Translations under genes and position numbers: made by a program
Notes under the pieces: model-generated
Told to the model about the DNA's origin: nothing
The model's input: the letters and a program-made list of their open reading frames with translations, nothing else
Databases searched by the model: none
Assembly (NCBI GenBank): GCA_963665095.1
Contig: OY762069.1
Location: 3,840,001-3,904,000, forward strand
Direction: 5' to 3'
Origin: an uncultured Desulfobacter sp.
GTDB taxonomy: Bacteria; Desulfobacterota; Desulfobacteria; Desulfobacterales; Desulfobacteraceae
DNA: 64,000 nt
Shown: positions 40,630-52,061 of the stretch, piece after piece
Layout: each line of letters starts with the position of its first letter
Position numbering within the stretch: the stretch's first letter is position 1

Positions 40630-41631
40630 TCAGCGAAGGCCCTTTTTGGCCAGAGGGGCGATAAGATCAATGTTGTCTTTTGTGACAAACCCACCGCCGG
40701 TATTGATCTTCAGGCCGGAAAATCCCAGCTTTTTGGTCAGCACCAGCTGGAGTACCGGCAGATAGCCCTGCAGGTAGGGCTGACCATCACCGATGAGATC
40801 CACATAGCCGCTTTTAACGGCAGAGGCTGTGGCTGGAGACAGACTGAAACCGGCGCCATAAATATCGTCGGGTTTCAGGCCTGCCTGGCGGAAAAAATTC
40901 TCCAGCTGGGCAGTCAGGGCCCCGTGGTCCATGACCACCAGGTCACAGTCCGGGTTGGCAGACAGGTAGGCTGTCATCACAGGCGCCCCCAGTACAGCGT
41001 CCTTATCAATTTCCGGGGTAATCTCCATGTAATCCACCTTAACACCGGCCGCTTCCAGGGTTTCAATAATGCCGACGGTGCTGCGGCCACGGGTGGGCTG
41101 GCTTTTCAGGCCCCATACCAGGGCCTTGTTGCCCTTGCCCAGGTGAAATCTGCGCGCAGCCTCGGCAGCCAGGGATTTTCCCCGGGCATAGTTATCCACA
41201 CCTGAATAGCCGAATCCTTTGGCCTGGTACCGGGCCTGCAGTTCCGGCAGCTCCGTGTCCGCGGACGTTACCAGAATGCCTTTGTCCATGGCCTCTTTAA
41301 TGAAAGGTGCATAGGCACTGTCCCCGGGATGGCCCATAACCACAATGCCATCCGGAGAAGAGGCCACGGCCTGCTTGAAGTTTTCCACCATTTTCTGGGG
41401 GCTCCAGTCCGAGTAAAGCAGTTCAATATCGCATCCAAGATCTTTGCCCGCCTGGAGCGCGCCGTTCTGGACAATGGTGTTGTAGGTGCCGCCCACAGGG
41501 CCGCCGGTGTCAAACCAGATGGTCATCCCCTCCCCCAGGGGTTTTAAATCATTTTTCTGGGCATAGGCCTGGGGAAACAGGGAAAGACAGAAAACAAGGG
41601 CGCCAATGGCAACTGATTTTAAATGGTTCAC
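40630..41631 (-). CDS. Sugar ABC transporter substrate-binding protein
   Basis: Signal peptide; type I periplasmic binding fold features (GVDNYARG, QPYLQGY). Confidence 0.88.
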   Translation of the reverse strand: MNHLKSVAIGALVFCLSLFPQAYAQKNDLKPLGEGMTIWFDTGGPVGGTYNTIVQNGALQAGKDLGCDIELLYSDWSPQKMVENFKQAVASSPDGIVVMGHPGDSAYAPFIKEAMDKGILVTSADTELPELQARYQAKGFGYSGVDNYARGKSLAAEAARRFHLGKGNKALVWGLKSQPTRGRSTVGIIETLEAAGVKVDYMEITPEIDKDAVLGAPVMTAYLSANPDCDLVVMDHGALTAQLENFFRQAGLKPDDIYGAGFSLSPATASAVKSGYVDLIGDGQPYLQGYLPVLQLVLTKKLGFSGLKINTGGGFVTKDNIDLIAPLAKKGLR

Positions 41632-41820
41632 AAAAAGCTCCTAAAATTATGGTTTAATTATTTACTCCGGCAGGCTGACACGCAGGCCGGATAAGTATCT
41701 GTGAAGCGGTTGCTGGTTGTCTTGAGATATATGGACTAAATATATATGGCAGGATTGCAAGGTCAATTCGATATTCCTGATCCATTTTCAAAATCCAGAT
41801 ACAAATAATCTATTCAAACA

Positions 41821-43130
41821 CAGTAGTGTCCGGTTAGGTTTTTGCTTGCTCAGTAATTTTTTGATCTTTGACAATATTGTCTCTGTTTGAACCGTGAAAA
41901 GCATCATTGTTGCTCTCAATCAGATCATTCAAGATGGCTGTTCGTAACTGCCGAACCCTTTTAATAGTAACCTTTTCATTAAACTCGTTTCGACAGTAGA
42001 TTGCAAGCAACAGATACGTGATGAGGCCGCTAAGGATTTGCACCATAAGGCCATATTCGCTGCGGGCAATGAGGTGGTAAACTTTCAGGTGTCCTTTCCA
42101 CCATTTGAAAAAATCTTCAATGGTCCACCGGAGCTTATATATGGTTGCTATTTGCTCTGCCGTTAAATCATGCCTGTCAGTTGCTACATAGTATTTCACG
42201 CCGGCAATTTTATAGCCAACAACCCGGACGGGAGTTTTTGTCTGGTTCAGGTTCGGAGTGCCAAGGAAGACCAGAGCATCATAGAAAATGTAGCTGCCAT
42301 AGTTGACCTCGTGAGTCTCAATTACCGTTCTGGTTGTTTTGGCTTTTATACGGCAAACAAAATGCTTGCCTTGTGCCTGTAGCAAGTCAAAATCGTGATG
42401 TGATTGATAGCCACGGTCCATAACACCTGTTTGCCCCTCGGTAAGTATCTTTGGGACAAAAGGGCGCTCCCCGCCGTTGCCTTCTGTCAGGAATATTTTG
42501 TTTGGAATGCCGTGATTTATGTCAAATCCGCAATGCGCTTTGGCTTTTTTACTTCCTTTCCTGTAGTTTGCCCAATGCATTGAAAGGACGGCATTTATAA
42601 GGCTGCCGTCAATGGAAACCAGATCGCCCAACTCGGCATGCTCCTTTGGCAGGCACCCAACAGCCTGTTTATAAAGATCTTCGAAGACAAATTGCAGTTG
42701 TTCAAGCCCTCGGTGGTTGACTGCTTCACAAAAGCTGCTGCGGCTGATACCGCCTTCCGGAGCAATATGTTCTTTGGCAAAAATATTTTCCTTGAGATCT
42801 TGGACTAAATGCCGGGCTGATTTGTGTTCCTGCAGATGAAAATAAATCAGGGCATTTATCTGGTCTTCGAATGTCATTTTTAAAGGTCGGTCTCCTCGAG
42901 ATTGCAATTCTGGTGCTTGTGGAAGCGACCTTATCAGAGGGTTACGGAACTTGTCAAAATTCAGGGACGATATTATGGCTTTGGTAATTGAAATGCGCGT
43001 CATTTGGGCTCCTTGATAAAATTTTTCAAGGCGCGCAAAAATTTTTACGCACATTTGTCAACATAAAAATGACGTTTTTTGAATAATTTTAGATATTTTT
43101 TATATGCAACAACCTAACCGGACACTACTG
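41821..43130 (-). mobile_element. Complete IS4-family insertion sequence (1310 bp)
   Basis: Perfect 20-bp IRs CAGTAGTGTCCGGTTAGGTT / AACCTAACCGGACACTACTG; 9-bp target duplication ATTCAAACA at 41812-41820 and 43131-43139. Confidence 0.95.
41834..43054 (-). CDS. IS4-family DDE transposase
   Basis: SIDGS, MDRGY, YKLRWTIEDFFKWWK (YREK); start may be 43003. Confidence 0.93.
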   Translation of the reverse strand: MCVKIFARLEKFYQGAQMTRISITKAIISSLNFDKFRNPLIRSLPQAPELQSRGDRPLKMTFEDQINALIYFHLQEHKSARHLVQDLKENIFAKEHIAPEGGISRSSFCEAVNHRGLEQLQFVFEDLYKQAVGCLPKEHAELGDLVSIDGSLINAVLSMHWANYRKGSKKAKAHCGFDINHGIPNKIFLTEGNGGERPFVPKILTEGQTGVMDRGYQSHHDFDLLQAQGKHFVCRIKAKTTRTVIETHEVNYGSYIFYDALVFLGTPNLNQTKTPVRVVGYKIAGVKYYVATDRHDLTAEQIATIYKLRWTIEDFFKWWKGHLKVYHLIARSEYGLMVQILSGLITYLLLAIYCRNEFNEKVTIKRVRQLRTAILNDLIESNNDAFHGSNRDNIVKDQKITEQAKT

Positions 43131-43318
43131 ATTCAAACATAAATTTTTCATTTTCTGATCTCCCTTTTTCTCTGATAACGCTTTATATTCTGAAGGAAAT
43201 CAGGATTACCTATACAACTCCGGCTGCCCATTGCATCTATCAATTGGCAATCCATGTGATAGACGGTCTATTTATAAAATTTTTGTATATGAATTTTTTA
43301 ACTTAAAGGGTAACCGGT

Positions 43319-44458
43319 ATGAAACAGGCACTTTTCAATAAACTGCAACAGGTCTCGGACGAAAATCTTATTAATATTGAGGCCCACAAGACCAAGGGTA
43401 ATTCCGCCATCGGGTTTTACTGCCTCTATGGTCCCACGGAACTTGCCATTGCCGCCGATGCCATTCCCCTGCCGCTGTGCGGCACCAGAAACGACCCCAT
43501 TGAAGCAGCTGAAAACGACCTGCCCCGCAACCTGTGCCCCCTGATCAAAAGCAGTTACGGCTTTGCAGTCACAGATACCTGTCCTTTCTTCAGGGTATCG
43601 GACCTGATTGTGGCAGACACCACCTGTGACGGCAAAAAAAAGATGTTTGAAATCATGAACCAGATCAAACCGGTCCATGTGCTTCAGCTGCCGCAGCAGC
43701 AGGATGTGGAGTTATTTTTAGGGCCCTGGATTGACCAGCTTGAAAAGTTGAAACAGGTCATTGAAGCCGCCACAAAAACCACGATCACCGATGAAAAACT
43801 GTCAGATGCCATTGACCTGATGAACCGGGAGCGGGCCGCAAGGAAACGGCTCATGGATGTCACAAAAGCCAACCCCTCTCCCATCACCGGAATGGAGCTT
43901 CTGGAAATTTTATTCAAAAGCGGTTTTTTTGCAGACAAGGAGCAGGGCATTGCCCTGATGGAGGAATTAGCCGGTGCATTTGAGCAGATGGCCCGTGACG
44001 GGGTCTGCGCATTTCCGGCAGGTTCTCCAAGAATTCTTCTCACCGGTGTGCCTGTGGGGCTTGGCTCCCATAAGGTAATTCAAATCATTGAGGAGTCCAA
44101 AGCCAATGTGGTGGCCCTGGAGAGCTGCAGCGGATACAAACAGGTGTTTGAAGTGGATAAAACCCTGCCGCCCATTGAAGCCCTGGCCCGCCAGTACCTG
44201 GCAGTTCCCTGCTCGGTCATGAGCCCGAATCCCGGCCGCATGGATCTGTTACGGCAGATGATCACTGATTTTAAAGTGGACGGGGTGGTGGATCTGACCT
44301 GGCAGGCCTGCCACACTTATAATGTGGAAGCCTTTCAGGTTCAAAAACTGGTCAGCGATGAGATGGGCCTGCCCTGCCTTCACATTGAAACCGACTACTC
44401 GCTGTCAGATACGGAACAGCTGCGGGTCAGGATTCAGGCTTTCATTGAGATGATATGA
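43319..44458 (+). CDS. Double-cubane-cluster anaerobic reductase (2-hydroxyacyl-CoA dehydratase family)
   Basis: GFYC, LCGT, PRNLCPLIKSSYG, CPFF, TTCDGKKK, ESCSG, PCSVMSPN, ACHTYNVE, ETDYS. Confidence 0.85.
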   Translation: MKQALFNKLQQVSDENLINIEAHKTKGNSAIGFYCLYGPTELAIAADAIPLPLCGTRNDPIEAAENDLPRNLCPLIKSSYGFAVTDTCPFFRVSDLIVADTTCDGKKKMFEIMNQIKPVHVLQLPQQQDVELFLGPWIDQLEKLKQVIEAATKTTITDEKLSDAIDLMNRERAARKRLMDVTKANPSPITGMELLEILFKSGFFADKEQGIALMEELAGAFEQMARDGVCAFPAGSPRILLTGVPVGLGSHKVIQIIEESKANVVALESCSGYKQVFEVDKTLPPIEALARQYLAVPCSVMSPNPGRMDLLRQMITDFKVDGVVDLTWQACHTYNVEAFQVQKLVSDEMGLPCLHIETDYSLSDTEQLRVRIQAFIEMI

Positions 44459-44609
44459 CCTTCAGGAATCACCGGTCACAATACAGGGTCTTCCCGTAAC
44501 ACCCGCCTTTCATCCTCATGGAAAGGCCCTGTTCTAAAGCATAAAAAAAGGTTTCTGGCCGGCATGCCTGCCCGCCAGAAACCTGCGATAATTCCAAAGG
44601 TTATCCACC

Positions 44610-45341
44610 CTATAAAATCTGTTTAAGAAACAGTTTCGTCCGGTTATGGGAAGGATTGGTATAAAACTCTTCAGGGGTACCTTCCTCAATAATCTGCCCC
44701 TGGTCCATGAAGATCACCCGGTCTGCCACTTCCCGGGCAAACCCCATTTCATGGGTAACACAGACCATGGTCATGCCTTCCTTGGCAAGGGTTTTCATGA
44801 CATCAAGCACCTCGCCGATCATCTCCGGGTCCAGCGCTGAGGTGGGTTCGTCAAAGAGCATGATCTTGGGGTCCATGGCAAGGGCACGGGCAATGGCCAC
44901 CCGCTGCTGCTGCCCCCCGGAGAGGTTGGCGGGCCAGGCATGGGCCTTTTCGGCAATGCCCACTTTTTCCAGCAGCGCCATGGCTTTTTCCTCCCGCTCC
45001 CTTTTCCCTCTTTTTCGCACCAGCTTCTGGGCCAGGGTGACGTTGCCCAGGATGGTCTGGTGGGGAAACAGGTTAAAGGACTGAAACACCATGCCCATTT
45101 CCATGCGTACTTTATTGATATCGGTTTTGGGATCAAACAGATCCACCCCGTCCACCAGGACCTGGCCATGATCAGCCGTTTCAAGCCGGTTCAGACAGCG
45201 CAGAAATGTGGACTTCCCCGAACCTGAAGGACCGATCACCACCACCACTTCCCCTTCATTTATAAAATTGGACACATTGTCCAGGGCCTTGACTTCGTGG
45301 GGCACATGAAATGTTTTATAAAGATTTTTAATTTCAATCAT
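44610..45341 (-). CDS. Polar amino-acid ABC transporter ATP-binding protein
   Basis: [27 protein letters not shown]; start placed at MIEIKN. Confidence 0.95.
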   Translation of the reverse strand: MIEIKNLYKTFHVPHEVKALDNVSNFINEGEVVVVIGPSGSGKSTFLRCLNRLETADHGQVLVDGVDLFDPKTDINKVRMEMGMVFQSFNLFPHQTILGNVTLAQKLVRKRGKREREEKAMALLEKVGIAEKAHAWPANLSGGQQQRVAIARALAMDPKIMLFDEPTSALDPEMIGEVLDVMKTLAKEGMTMVCVTHEMGFAREVADRVIFMDQGQIIEEGTPEEFYTNPSHNRTKLFLKQIL

Positions 45342-46354
45342 TTTGCAGCTGTCCTCCTTTCCAGATACTGTACAAACATGGACAGCGTAAATGTCATGGT
45401 CAGGTAGAGCACAGCACACAGAAACCACAGTTCAAAGGTCTGCAGACTGGTGGTAATACCCTCCCTGGTGGCTTTGGTCAGCTCAGTGACTGAAATCATT
45501 CCCAAAAGGGAAGAGTCCTTGATCAGGTTGATAAACTGGCCTGCCAGCGGCGGCAGGATGGTTTTCAGTGCCTGGGGCAGGATAATGTGAAACATGGTCT
45601 GGAAATAGGTCATGCCCTGGGATCTTGCCGCTTCGATCTGGCCGGGATGGATGGCCTCAATACCGGCTCGCACGATCTCCACCACATAGGCGCCGGTGAA
45701 CACGGACAAAGCCATGATGCCGTACCATTCCGGATGAATTATGGGCAGGCCGTGTGAGCTTAAAATACCGTTGATGGTGGTGCCCAGAACAAAATAAAAA
45801 ATCATGATCTGAACCAGCAGCGGTGATCCGCGCACAATTTCCACATAGGTAATGGCAGTCCACTTGAGTACCGGGGTATTTGACACCCTGGCCACACCGC
45901 CGATGATGCCTAAGATAATACCCAGAATAGTGGATATAAAAGAAATTTTAAGTGTGATCCACAGCCCTTTCAGCAAAATACCCGGTTTCCAGCTGTCCTG
46001 GTATTCTGCGATAATGTCGCCCGGGGATACCATATCCCCTTCGTCCCAGGAGATGGATCCTTTGGGTACCATATAGGTTGAAGTTTTACCGTTTTCTTCC
46101 ACCACCAGCTCAACTTTATCGCCTTTAGCGGTGATGGATTGAATTTCACCGTCATCTTCAGCATAGATGGTCACGGCCGGTTTATATACAAAATACTGGG
46201 GCACCTTGAACCAGCGCCACTGGTATTTTACAGCCACGGTGGCACCGTATACGGCGCCAATGACCAGGGCTATCAGAACGATGAATCCGACAACAGACAT
46301 GAAATAGGCAGTGGGATTGCTCAGTCGTTGGATATTGGATGTATTTTTTTCCAT
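45338..46354 (-). CDS. Polar amino-acid ABC transporter permease
   Basis: [22 protein letters not shown]. Confidence 0.93.
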   Translation of the reverse strand: MEKNTSNIQRLSNPTAYFMSVVGFIVLIALVIGAVYGATVAVKYQWRWFKVPQYFVYKPAVTIYAEDDGEIQSITAKGDKVELVVEENGKTSTYMVPKGSISWDEGDMVSPGDIIAEYQDSWKPGILLKGLWITLKISFISTILGIILGIIGGVARVSNTPVLKWTAITYVEIVRGSPLLVQIMIFYFVLGTTINGILSSHGLPIIHPEWYGIMALSVFTGAYVVEIVRAGIEAIHPGQIEAARSQGMTYFQTMFHIILPQALKTILPPLAGQFINLIKDSSLLGMISVTELTKATREGITTSLQTFELWFLCAVLYLTMTFTLSMFVQYLERRTAAK

Positions 46355-46433
46355 TGAATCTTACGCCTTAATAAAACAGCCGGCAGTTATGCAACTGCCG
46401 GCATTTTTTAACTTTCAAGTCCTGCAAAAGGGT

Positions 46434-47255
46434 CTATTTTGCCAGGTCTTTCTGCCAGTCATTGGATTTGATCCATTTGTTGTAGGATTTTTCCCATCTG
46501 CCGTCATTCTTGTACTGACGGATGAAGTTATTCAGAAAGTTGATAAAATCAGGGTCACCTTTTTTCAGACCGATTGCCAGGGGCTCAAAGGTAAAAGGCT
46601 GGTTCAGGGCGTAAGTTTTGCCCTCGCCGTGGGCTGCCTGGAAGAACTCAATCAGGGGAAGATCGTAAACCGTTGCATCGGCATTGCCCTGGATAACTTC
46701 CATGCAGGCTTCGGATTCCACTTCAAAGGATTTGTATTTTGCCTTGGGAATGTATTGTTTTACTGCTTTTTCACCGGTGGTGCCCAGTTTTGAGCATACA
46801 GTGTACTGGGGATCATTCAGATCTTTGTAAGATTTAATTTTGCCTGCGTGCTTTTTGTTAACCAGAATAGCCTGACCCACAACAATGTAGGGATCTGAAA
46901 AGCAGATGGCCAGGTTTCTTTCCTGGGTAACGGTCATGCCGCCGATAATAACGTCAATTTTATCGGTGATCAGGGCGGGGATAATGCCGTCCCATGCGGT
47001 ATTGACCGGCTCAAACTTAACGCCCATGGCCTTTGCCAGGTGTTTGGCCATGTCAATGTCAAATCCCATGTAATTACCCTTGGTGTTGGTCATTTCAAAG
47101 GGCAGGTAACCGGATTCAAAACCCACACGAATTTTTCCGGCTTTAAGGATGGATTCAATGGTGGATTTCTTAGCCAGTTCAATGTCAGCACTGAATGCTG
47201 GTGTGGATACCAGAGCGAACACGGCGACAAGCATGCACACGATAATTCTTTTCAT
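46434..47255 (-). CDS. Polar amino-acid ABC transporter substrate-binding protein
   Basis: Signal peptide; GFDIDM, WDGIIPAL, TQER, FSDPY. Confidence 0.93.
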   Translation of the reverse strand: MKRIIVCMLVAVFALVSTPAFSADIELAKKSTIESILKAGKIRVGFESGYLPFEMTNTKGNYMGFDIDMAKHLAKAMGVKFEPVNTAWDGIIPALITDKIDVIIGGMTVTQERNLAICFSDPYIVVGQAILVNKKHAGKIKSYKDLNDPQYTVCSKLGTTGEKAVKQYIPKAKYKSFEVESEACMEVIQGNADATVYDLPLIEFFQAAHGEGKTYALNQPFTFEPLAIGLKKGDPDFINFLNNFIRQYKNDGRWEKSYNKWIKSNDWQKDLAK

Positions 47256-47536
47256 TCCTTTTTCTCCTTAAATTTTTTGTGTCCGGCACTGCTTTGTGCA
47301 TTCCTACCCTGCCCAAGCAGGCTGCCGTAACATTAGTTAAACGCCACTTATCCGTTAAATTAAATCAATTCTTAGCATAATATTTTTAAATGGCAAACAC
47401 TATTTGTTCTTTTAAAGCAGGATGTTTTTTTTCCACAGGTTTGCCCTTTAGATGATTTCAGGCTAAAACCGTTCTATATTTTGCAGACATTAGCGTAAGA
47501 ACTCTTACACAAGACCACAATAAAACAGGAACCAAT

Positions 47537-48292
47537 GTGACCATGAAGATCCTATTAACAAATGATGACGGATACCAGGCCCCGGGGATCCGGGCCCTTT
47601 TCGATGCATTGAAATCCGACCATGACGTGACGCTGGCCGCCCCGGACAGGGAGAAAAGTGCTGTGGGTCACGGCATCACCCTGAATACCCCCTTGAAACA
47701 CCAGAAAGTACGCCTGGGCCATAATGATTTTGTCCATGCCGTGGCCGGGAACCCGGCCGACTGTGTAAAACTGGCCCTGTTTGATATTTGCAGCGACACA
47801 CCTGATCTGGTGCTTTCAGGAATCAATGCCGGCTCCAACACCGGGGTGAACATCAACTACTCAGGCACCGTGGGCGCGGCCAGGGAGGCTGCCATTAACG
47901 GGCTGCCGGCCATTGCCGTATCCATCCAGCATGGAAACAACATGGACTTTCAAGGTGTGGCCGCCTATACCGCCTCCATCCTGGAAAAGGCCCTTGCCCT
48001 GAATCTGCCCCCGGGGGTTTTCCTGAACATCAATGCCCCGGCCATTCCCTTTGACCGGATGACCGGCACAAAGGTAACTTCCCAGGCAGACAACAATCTG
48101 ACCAATATGTTTGACCGCCGACAGGATCCCAGGGACCGCTCTTACTACTGGTACGCCGGCATGGAGCCGGTGGTTCCCTGCAAGGACTCAGATAACGGTG
48201 CGCTGCTTGAAAACTGCATCTCCATCACGCCCTTGCAGTGCGACATGACCGCCCGCGGGGTCATGGGCATGATCGCTGAAGCGGGGTTTTAA
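47537..48292 (+). CDS. surE: 5'/3'-nucleotidase SurE
   Basis: ILLTNDDG, SGINAGSN, YSGTVGAARE. Confidence 0.95.
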   Translation: MTMKILLTNDDGYQAPGIRALFDALKSDHDVTLAAPDREKSAVGHGITLNTPLKHQKVRLGHNDFVHAVAGNPADCVKLALFDICSDTPDLVLSGINAGSNTGVNINYSGTVGAAREAAINGLPAIAVSIQHGNNMDFQGVAAYTASILEKALALNLPPGVFLNINAPAIPFDRMTGTKVTSQADNNLTNMFDRRQDPRDRSYYWYAGMEPVVPCKDSDNGALLENCISITPLQCDMTARGVMGMIAEAGF

Positions 48293-48294
48293 TA

Positions 48295-49485
48295 ATGACT
48301 CCAGATAAAACGGCCATGACATCTGTACCGGCTGCTTCTGCCTTCCAGGCATCCAGGGTCTCCATGATTGCCTTTGCCCATTTTGTCCACGATCTTTACA
48401 CAAGCTTTCTGGCACCGCTTTTACCCCTGATCATTGAAAAGCTCTCTTTGACCCTGAGCCAGGCAGGTCTTTTGTCCACGGTGATGCAGATCCCGGCTCT
48501 GGCCAACCCGTTCATAGGGCTTTTTGCGGATAACAAAGGGCTTGCCCGGTGGCTGGTGATCCTGGCCCCGACCTTGACAGCCATCCCCATGAGTGTCATC
48601 GGCATTGCTTCCTCCTACGGTATGCTGCTGATCCTGGTCTTTATCGCAGGCATCTCCGTCTCTTTGTTCCACGTACCAGCCCCGGTAACAGTGGCAAGGT
48701 ATTCCGGGAAGTTCAAAGGCCGGGGCATGAGTTTTTTCATGACCGGCGGTGAACTGTCAAGGACCTTAGGTCCGCTGATTGCCGTGGCAGCCGTATCACT
48801 TCTCGGGCTTGGCCGGTTCCACTTTGTTCTGGTCCTGGCCCTGGCAACCTCAGTCCTCCTGTTTTTGAATCTGGAACCATCGGAAGAGCCGGTAAAGGCC
48901 AAGCGCCGGGGATCCCTGACCAGCGCTTATAAAGAGGTACGCCATGTACTCAATCCCCTGGCAGGCATCCTTTCGGCACGGGCGTTGATGCACGGATCCA
49001 TGGGCATGTTTCTGACAGTGTATGTGGAGCAGGCCACCGGATCTTTGTGGCTGGGCGGCACTGCATTGACCCTGTACGAGGCCATGGGTGTGGCAGGCAT
49101 TCTTTCCGCAGGCATCCTGTCCGACCGCCTGGGGCGTCAGCGGGTACTGTTCTGGGCCTTGATGGTGGGTCCGGCGGGCATTCTTCTATTTACTTTGACC
49201 TCCGGGGCGATCCAGGTACTGGGACTTCTGGCCGCAGGCTTTGCCGTATTGTCCACCACGCCTGTGATGCTGGCCCTGGTTCAGGAAAATGCAAATGAAA
49301 ACCCGGCTGCGGCCAACGGGCTTTTTATGATGATCTCCTTTGCAGTAAGGTCCCTGGCTGTTGTTGTGGCCGGGGCCATTGCAGATGCCTTCGGGCTAAA
49401 CATGATGTTCATTGTTGCGGCCCTGGCAGGGTTTACGGCCATCCCGTTTTTAATTAAACTTAAGGTGTCTGCCGGCACAGCGTAG
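48295..49485 (+). CDS. MFS transporter (Fsr-like)
   Basis: AHFVHD, FHVPA, GILSDRLGR; 12-TM pattern. Confidence 0.88.
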   Translation: MTPDKTAMTSVPAASAFQASRVSMIAFAHFVHDLYTSFLAPLLPLIIEKLSLTLSQAGLLSTVMQIPALANPFIGLFADNKGLARWLVILAPTLTAIPMSVIGIASSYGMLLILVFIAGISVSLFHVPAPVTVARYSGKFKGRGMSFFMTGGELSRTLGPLIAVAAVSLLGLGRFHFVLVLALATSVLLFLNLEPSEEPVKAKRRGSLTSAYKEVRHVLNPLAGILSARALMHGSMGMFLTVYVEQATGSLWLGGTALTLYEAMGVAGILSAGILSDRLGRQRVLFWALMVGPAGILLFTLTSGAIQVLGLLAAGFAVLSTTPVMLALVQENANENPAAANGLFMMISFAVRSLAVVVAGAIADAFGLNMMFIVAALAGFTAIPFLIKLKVSAGTA

Positions 49486-49539
49486 ATTTGAACGGCGGCA
49501 TCATTATAAGAAGGCATAGAATCATTCAAGGAGCAAACC

Positions 49540-50442
49540 ATGTTAAAAACCAATAAAGACAAAGTTGTTGAAATGTATCTGGCGTGCAAGCCCGGCATGC
49601 CCCGGGCCGGTGCCGGCTGGAAAGTGGACCATCAGGGCAATCCTTTTCTTTTGCCCGGCATTGGCGGCATCACCCTTAATGTTCAGGCGGGCGACCCGGC
49701 CTTTGGACTGGCCGGAGACCATATTGAACCGGGTGTGTCCTGCACGGCCAATATGGAAAAACCAAATGAGTTTCCCAACAATACCCTGCAACTCTTCTCC
49801 TGTGTGGGCAACGAGGCAAAAATCATCTCCGGGGATGCCCAGGGAGAGACGGGTGTGGTCATAGGCCACCACGGCGGGTCCGAACATGTGATTGTGGAGT
49901 TTCCCAGGCAGACCAAGGAAAAGATGAGCTACGAGGACAAAATCCTGATCCGGGCCAAGGGCCAGGGTCTGGCCCTGACCGATTACCCCAGGATCAAACT
50001 GTTCAACCTGGACCCGGACCTTCTGGAAAAAATGAACATCGTTGAAACCGGCGCAGGCGTTCTCCAGGTGCCGGTGACCACCATTGTACCGGCTCCCTGC
50101 ATGGGATCTGGTGTGGGACGGGCCCATGTGGGCGCAGGCGACTATGATGTCATGACCTCCGACCCTGAAACCGTTAAAAAGTACCACCTGGACAAAATCC
50201 GGTTCGGGGATTTTGTGGCCCTCATGGACCACGACAACTCCTATGGCAGGGCCTATGTGCAGGGTGCGGTCACCATCGGCATTGTGGTGCACTCCGACTG
50301 CCTGCTGGCCGGCCACGGTCCGGGCGTATCAACGCTTCTGACCTGCCCTACCCCGCAGATTGAGCCCAGAATCGACCCGAAAGCCAATATTGCCGACCTT
50401 CTGGGAATCGGCAGTGCGGCCCCGCTAACAGATGGCGATTAA
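49540..50442 (+). CDS. DUF4438-like protein
   Basis: [33 protein letters not shown] motifs. Confidence 0.75.
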   Translation: MLKTNKDKVVEMYLACKPGMPRAGAGWKVDHQGNPFLLPGIGGITLNVQAGDPAFGLAGDHIEPGVSCTANMEKPNEFPNNTLQLFSCVGNEAKIISGDAQGETGVVIGHHGGSEHVIVEFPRQTKEKMSYEDKILIRAKGQGLALTDYPRIKLFNLDPDLLEKMNIVETGAGVLQVPVTTIVPAPCMGSGVGRAHVGAGDYDVMTSDPETVKKYHLDKIRFGDFVALMDHDNSYGRAYVQGAVTIGIVVHSDCLLAGHGPGVSTLLTCPTPQIEPRIDPKANIADLLGIGSAAPLTDGD

Positions 50443-51337
50443 GCCGGCACTTGGCATATACCTGGTCTGGAGTCTTTCAACCTTTGGACTCCAGACCCTG
50501 GGTCAATGCCTGCCGGCAAGATTCAGCGCCGGACTTGAGTATATTTTTATCCTGGGCCTGATCATCTGCCTGGCCTGGATAACGAGGATTTATCAACGGC
50601 AGATTGAACCGGTCATCGGCACAAACACCATGCGGCGCCTGTCATGGACAGGATCGCTGGTGCTGATTTTTGTCATTCTCTACCTGCTGGCCGGCCAAGC
50701 AGGCCTCAGGAACAACCTTATCACGGCCTTTTCCACAGCGACCCTGGTGCTGCTGGCCTGTGTGACAGGCCACTGGCTGGTCATCCCCCTCAAGCGCCCT
50801 GCTGAATTTATCCCCATTGGCATGGCCGTGGCCCTGTCTGACATATTCAGTGTGTTTTCAGGGCCCACAAAACATTTTGCGAAAAATATTTCTGATTACT
50901 ACCGGGACGGCATGGCCGGCCCTGCGCCCCTGGTGGATTTTTTCCTGGTTAAAATGCCCTTGCCCGGAAATGATTATTTTATGCCGGTGTTCGGCATCAC
51001 CGACTGGGTGGTGGTGGCCCTGCTGTCAGCCGGCGCGCTTCGATTCAGCCTGAGCGACAATGTATTCAGCCTTGTGGGGTCAAAAAAAACAAAAGCCGCC
51101 CCCCGGGTATTTTTCCCCGTGGCCGGCATCGGGCTTATCCTCTCCATTGTGGCGGCAAGATCCTTTAACCTGTACCTGCCGGCCCTCCCGTTTATTGCTG
51201 TTGTTTTCCTGACTGCCATGGCGGCAAAATATCCGGAAATCCGAAACCTGGGACGTGAAGAGCTGCGGGCCATGGCCATTGTTGGGACCCTGATGGTCAT
51301 GGCTATGGCCGTGTTTTACGTCATAAAGGCCCGATAA
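50432..51337 (+). CDS. Hypothetical multi-pass membrane protein
   Basis: Many hydrophobic segments; DIFSV..GPT, FGITD and LPALPF echo presenilin/SPP-type aspartyl-protease motifs (unverified). Confidence 0.7.
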   Translation: MAIKPALGIYLVWSLSTFGLQTLGQCLPARFSAGLEYIFILGLIICLAWITRIYQRQIEPVIGTNTMRRLSWTGSLVLIFVILYLLAGQAGLRNNLITAFSTATLVLLACVTGHWLVIPLKRPAEFIPIGMAVALSDIFSVFSGPTKHFAKNISDYYRDGMAGPAPLVDFFLVKMPLPGNDYFMPVFGITDWVVVALLSAGALRFSLSDNVFSLVGSKKTKAAPRVFFPVAGIGLILSIVAARSFNLYLPALPFIAVVFLTAMAAKYPEIRNLGREELRAMAIVGTLMVMAMAVFYVIKAR

Positions 51338-51350
51338 AAAGGGGAATAAC

Positions 51351-52061
51351 ATGAGAATCTGGGATCTTCATCCAGGATACCTGAACCGCCAGAGCCTATT
51401 AGGTGAGCACAGGGAACTTCACGGCATGGTATCCATCATCGTCAACGGCAAAAAAGGCTATTCCCGTCATCCTGAAACCCTGCGCTGGGCCGATTTCGGA
51501 TGGGCACTCTACAAGCGTCACCAGCTGCTGGCCGCAGAGATGCGCTTGAGGGGATACAATGATAAATCACCCGTGACAACCCGGGAAAACAGAAGTGAGT
51601 GGCCGGCCAAATATATTGATGAGCCCTTTGTTCAAATCCAGCTGCTCAAAGAAAAATACAAGGACAAGAACCCGGGACGCATCCCCCTGCCTTTAAACGC
51701 CCAGCAAATGTGGCGCCATCATAAATATTCCATTATGGCCAGGGACGTGTCACTGTACAAAAAGACAGGCGCAGATGTCGCCCTCATGGCCCCTGGGGAT
51801 GATTTCAGTGATCTGGCCCGCCTCCTTACGGAAAAACTCAGAATTTCGCCTTCACAGGGCGGGCTGAGAAATGCCCTCCAGCATATGTGGGGATATGTGT
51901 CAGACAAGTATGATGAATCCCGGCAGGATATGAATGACTGGCCCCTGGCAACCCTGCTTGGCCGCATTCAGGACCTGGGAGTCAGGCACCAGCAGCCCTA
52001 TCTGATGGAATCAACCGCCCTTAGTGAACTTGCTGTCTGGATAGAACTCCCGCGGCATTAA
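51351..52061 (+). CDS. Pyrimidine-dimer DNA glycosylase-like domain fused to a DUF1722-like domain
   Basis: MRIWDLHPGYLNRQSLLGEHRELH...HPET...EMRLRGY; C-terminal NALQHMWGY...YLMEST. Confidence 0.75.
   Translation: MRIWDLHPGYLNRQSLLGEHRELHGMVSIIVNGKKGYSRHPETLRWADFGWALYKRHQLLAAEMRLRGYNDKSPVTTRENRSEWPAKYIDEPFVQIQLLKEKYKDKNPGRIPLPLNAQQMWRHHKYSIMARDVSLYKKTGADVALMAPGDDFSDLARLLTEKLRISPSQGGLRNALQHMWGYVSDKYDESRQDMNDWPLATLLGRIQDLGVRHQQPYLMESTALSELAVWIELPRH

Noticed and set aside
41640..41810. Cobalamin riboswitch upstream of the ABC/corrinoid operon
   Set aside because: No B12-box or conserved core seen on the minus strand; only a weak hairpin.
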